IMG/VR virus record: IMGVR_UViG_3300027987_000011
Coordinates: 1-56,191 of that record
Strand: one strand, 5' to 3'
Length of the DNA: 56,191 nucleotides
Source: a virus
Lineage: Duplodnaviria; Caudoviricetes
In this document: positions 53,203 through 56,191 of the stretch, in pieces
Numbering within the stretch: position 1 is the first letter of the stretch
Layout: every line of letters starts with the position of its first letter
Notes under the pieces: generated by a model
Told to the model about the DNA's origin: nothing
What the model saw: only the letters and a program-made list of their open reading frames with translations
Databases searched by the model: none
Made by a program: the position numbers and the translations under genes

Positions 53203-54096
53203 CTGGACATCTCCTGTCGTGGTTTCGAGCCCCGCAGCGAGGCTCACGGATTCGGAGGCCCCTCGTGGGCCACCCGATAGGGCTGCGACCAACTTCTCCA
53301 GCGTACCGATCTCGTCAGCCAGCCCGATCCTGACGGCATCGGTCCCTACGTACATCGCGCCACTCGTCTCCATGACGCTCTCGACACTCGCGCCACGGTA
53401 CTCCGCGACCCGCTCCGCGAAGACGGCACCCACCTTGTCCACGATGCCCTGGAGCTTGGCGTGCGCCCGCTCCCGCTCGCTCTTCTTCTCGCTGAACGGG
53501 TCGAGCCGCTTGTCGGGGGAGAAGCTGGACACGAACTCCAGCCGCTCGACCCCTTCGCCCTCGGGATGGTTCGTCACGGCGATCACCGCACCGATGCTTC
53601 CGGCCATTGCCGTCTCGGCCATCACGATCCTGTCCGCAGCCGACGCGATCCAGTAGGCGGCAGACGCCCCCAGGTGGGAGATGTAGGCGGTCTGAGGCTT
53701 GTGTGATCTGAAGGACGCGATGAGTTCTGCAAGCTCGCCTGCCCCATCCACCTCACCACCTGGGGAGTTGATGTCGTACACGACGTGCCGCACGTCGGGG
53801 TCGTGCATGACGAGCCCGATGTCGGACGCCAGCCGCTCGTAGGAGACGGCACCGCTGATCTGCGTGAAGAGGTTCGCGTACCGGAACATCGGACCTGCGA
53901 CCGGCACGATGGCGACCCCGTTCCTGATGGTCGTGTTGCGCGTCCCATAGACCGGCTCGCCCAGGTACATCTGGATGAGCCTCATGCTCTCCTTCGTCGC
54001 TTCCGCGTCACGCTCTGCGACCGCGATCAGGAGCGACAGGTACTCGTCGGACATCGCCCACTGACGCGATTCGATGTACTGCCGCACTAGCCTCAT
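52774..54096 (-). CDS. S49 prohead protease (gpC-like)
   Basis: DINSPGG, ASAAYWIAS, GSIG and GLADEIG motifs. Confidence 0.92.
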   Translation of the reverse strand: MRLVRQYIESRQWAMSDEYLSLLIAVAERDAEATKESMRLIQMYLGEPVYGTRNTTIRNGVAIVPVAGPMFRYANLFTQISGAVSYERLASDIGLVMHDPDVRHVVYDINSPGGEVDGAGELAELIASFRSHKPQTAYISHLGASAAYWIASAADRIVMAETAMAGSIGAVIAVTNHPEGEGVERLEFVSSFSPDKRLDPFSEKKSERERAHAKLQGIVDKVGAVFAERVAEYRGASVESVMETSGAMYVGTDAVRIGLADEIGTLEKLVAALSGGPRGASESVSLAAGLETTTGDVQMKEGEQKVEAQAPVIDRDFLASNHPDLVKAIRAEGAESERTRILAIHDLDAHGFDDLKREKMGDPSATAGTAAQAILSAKGEQESRRKQAVKDSLAADEGELAALPGATLPTEEIGTEDQLAASILKWMPTAQDSEVVALEV

Positions 54097-55787
54097 GCCG
54101 CGTTCTCCCCGGACGGGCGTTGCCCGCCCTTCTGTGGATCGTTCAGGCCCGATTCCATCTGCTCGGCCATCCGCTCGGCATTGCTCTCCTGCACCGCCGC
54201 CGATGCGTCCGCTGCGAATGGCATCTCCGCATCGTCGAGGCGCTTCTTCTCTGCCTCACGCTGCGGCTGGACCTCGCTGTCCCAGTCCCGACCCGTCATC
54301 GCCGCAGTCTCCTCGGCACGAGTCGAGAGGCCCGCGTCGATTCGGATGACCGCAGCCTTCGCGGAATCCTGCTCGTTGATCGCTCCCGGTGCGTCACCGA
54401 CCCAGGACGACCCCAGCCAAGCCATGCGAGACATGTCGTCCGTCAGGAAGCCGGGGAGTTCGATCAGGCCCTCGGCCACTGCGTCGATCATCACCCACTC
54501 GTAGACCATCTGGAGGAAGTTCTGAGCGAGCCAGACCCGACGCCCACGGAAGAAGCGCCACGCATCCAGCAGGGCGGCACGCGACGCGGAGTAGCTGGAG
54601 TTGTAGAGGTGCATCAACACCTCGTAGGGGATCTCCAGCGCCATGCCGATCTGCTGTACGATGGCACGGAAGAACGGATCGAAGGCGTTGTTCGGACGGT
54701 TCGGATTCGCCGTCACGATGTCTTCACCGGGGAGCAGGTCGATGACCGCCCCTGGGTTCAGGAACACGTCGCCCGTCTTCGTCGGAAGCTCCGTCGAGTC
54801 CGTCCCCTCCGGTGCGCTCGGGAGCCCCCCGCTCTGCGGCTGCTCCGTCTTCACGAAGACCGTGAAGAGAGACGACACGACCGATGCCGTGAGTTCGTAG
54901 TCGGTCAACCGGCTGATCTGCTTCAGGGGTTCGATCACCGGAGCGAGCGCCGGGACTCCTCTCCTCTGCCCCGGACGCCGCTTGTCGAAGAGGAGACGCG
55001 AGAGCGGGATGCCGCCCCGGCCATCCTTCACGATCCTGAACCACCGCTGCGACTGGATGCCCAGCGTGAACTCGCCAGGGTGCCGGTCGCTGACGTGGTA
55101 CGCCTTCGTCACACCACGCCGATCAGCCTCGACGCCACCACTGATCTTGTCGGTGTCGGAGTTGCCGTCCGGGTTCGAGATCCGGTCGGCTTCGATCATC
55201 TGCACCTTCAGCGGGATCAGGTTGCCGGGGCGCAGATCCCTACGTCGTACCGCGAGGATGTCGCCCGACTCGAAGACGCCCCGGTACGTCATCGCCTGGA
55301 GCCCCATCATGTCCAAGTCCCCCTCGAAGTCGAGGGAGTTCTGAACCATCCGCCACACGCGCTCCATCTCGCGCTGCTTCTGCTGGGTCTGCTCTTCACT
55401 CAGGCCCAGGTACTCACCGTCGATGCGTGAGTGGAGGCGCAGCCCCGTGCCGACGATAGCGGTGGTGGCGGTGTTCACCGCTCCCGCTGCGACCGACGAG
55501 TTCTTCGTCAGGTCACGGGACCGGCCTCGGATCGTCTCCGACTGGTAGTTGAACTCGGAGTTCGCTTCGGCGGCGACCGGATTCCATTCCTGAAGGGACT
55601 TCCGGTCAGAGCGTCCAGCGACGTACCCCATGCTCGCCATGAGCCTCGTCGCGTTCGCCTCTTGGATGCGGGCGGCGAGCCTCCGAAGTCCCCGCTCGGG
55701 ACTCACGACGCTGACCATCCTGTCGATGAGGTTGCGCTTCACCTCGAAGCGACCCTCGACGCTCCCGCTGATCTCGACCTTACCCAC
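54093..55787 (-). CDS. Portal protein, lambda gpB family
   Basis: RSRDL, IVGTG, QMIEAD, RPGQRRGVP, YSASRAALL and GLSTR motifs. Confidence 0.95.
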   Translation of the reverse strand: MGKVEISGSVEGRFEVKRNLIDRMVSVVSPERGLRRLAARIQEANATRLMASMGYVAGRSDRKSLQEWNPVAAEANSEFNYQSETIRGRSRDLTKNSSVAAGAVNTATTAIVGTGLRLHSRIDGEYLGLSEEQTQQKQREMERVWRMVQNSLDFEGDLDMMGLQAMTYRGVFESGDILAVRRRDLRPGNLIPLKVQMIEADRISNPDGNSDTDKISGGVEADRRGVTKAYHVSDRHPGEFTLGIQSQRWFRIVKDGRGGIPLSRLLFDKRRPGQRRGVPALAPVIEPLKQISRLTDYELTASVVSSLFTVFVKTEQPQSGGLPSAPEGTDSTELPTKTGDVFLNPGAVIDLLPGEDIVTANPNRPNNAFDPFFRAIVQQIGMALEIPYEVLMHLYNSSYSASRAALLDAWRFFRGRRVWLAQNFLQMVYEWVMIDAVAEGLIELPGFLTDDMSRMAWLGSSWVGDAPGAINEQDSAKAAVIRIDAGLSTRAEETAAMTGRDWDSEVQPQREAEKKRLDDAEMPFAADASAAVQESNAERMAEQMESGLNDPQKGGQRPSGENAA

Positions 55788-55992
55788 GCGGCACCAGCGT
55801 TCTCACTCGGATACCTCCGGTGGACTCACGAGCGACCTCCGCTTCCAGTTGCCCTCGAAGGCGACGGAGCTTGTCGAGGTCGTGTTCGCGGTAGCGACGC
55901 CCGTTCCATTCCGCCTCGGAGTAGCCGCCAAGCAGGCGCATGATCGTCTCGTTCAGAGCGTCCAGAAGCTCCTGCGAAGTCGGTGCCGCCAT
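55780..55992 (-). CDS. Head completion protein (gpW-like)
   Basis: Short helix-hairpin protein (NGRRY...LDKLRRLR..LE) immediately before the portal gene. Confidence 0.75.
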   Translation of the reverse strand: MAAPTSQELLDALNETIMRLLGGYSEAEWNGRRYREHDLDKLRRLRGQLEAEVARESTGGIRVRTLVPRG

Positions 55993-56012
55993 GTGGCTCA
56001 TCCGGGTGGCAA

Positions 56013-56053
56013 GGAAAAAGGCCCCAACCCCCGATCCGGGGGCGTGGGGCCTC
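56013..56053 (-). terminator. Intrinsic terminator in the leader of the late operon
   Basis: Minus strand AGGCCCCACGCCCCCGGATCGGGGGTTGGGGCCTTTTTCC: a GC stem plus U tract. Confidence 0.7.
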
Positions 56054-56092
56054 GTCTGGGCCATCAAAACCGCTGATCTGAACGACGCTGCG

Positions 56093-56122
56093 AGGATAAT
56101 CCGCCAGAAAGTGTCCCGTCAA
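56093..56122 (-). promoter_or_regulatory. Sigma70-like late promoter
   Basis: Minus strand TTGACG, 18 bp, TATCCT. Confidence 0.55.
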
Positions 56123-56161
56123 GGGGACAGAAGTGAAACGATCCGGCTTGGGGACCCCAAC

Positions 56162-56188
56162 TAGCGAACACGAGCGCAGTCGTGCGTC
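56162..56188 (-). other. Putative cos-like packaging site
   Basis: Minus strand GACGCACGACTGCGCTCGTGTTCGCTA matches the lambda left end GGGCGGCGACCTCGCGGGTTTTCGCTA (recalled from memory) at 17/27 ungapped positions. The genome encodes a GpA-type terminase. Confidence 0.45.
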
Positions 56189-56191
56189 ACC

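Noticed and set aside
1-56191. tRNA, rRNA, IS elements, introns/inteins, alternative genetic code
   Set aside because: None recognised by eye. Core genes are of normal length and uninterrupted under the standard code. tRNAscan-SE and Infernal would be needed to exclude small RNAs.

Overview
This window looks like a complete or nearly complete, GC-rich tailed dsDNA phage genome with lambda-like head genes and a long non-contractile tail. Reading the minus strand from the right end: a lambda-cos-like sequence, a promoter and terminator, then the head genes (gpW-like, portal, S49 protease with embedded scaffold, decoration protein, major capsid E). These are followed by connectors, major tail protein, a frameshifting tail chaperone, tape measure, three paralogous lectin-like tail proteins, a split Dit-like pair around a fibre gene, hub, tail tip, lysis genes and extra virion proteins. 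A second promoter near 25.4 kb drives a recombination/replication operon (Xis-like HTH, TOPRIM, YqaJ, Gp3-like, RuvC-like, MazG-like, mini PolX, initiator with internal repeats, DnaC-like). That operon runs into TerS/TerL, which are displaced from the head genes, and ends with a sulfotransferase-like gene. The left 6.3 kb is a convergent plus-strand module (AAA ATPase, DUF3150-like, HExxH/VWA protein, small ORFs) behind a 570 bp non-coding region with two repeat arrays. The most notable signals are a polar motif GTAC-N11-CGGGTA found 10 times only in the first 7.3 kb, a helically phased CCWGG array, three LRVTQ repeats matching three paralogous tail proteins, and an HhH domain shared by TerS and the post-capsid protein. 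I recognised no integrase, tRNA, cas or reverse transcriptase gene. All family assignments come from motif recognition by eye, not database searches.
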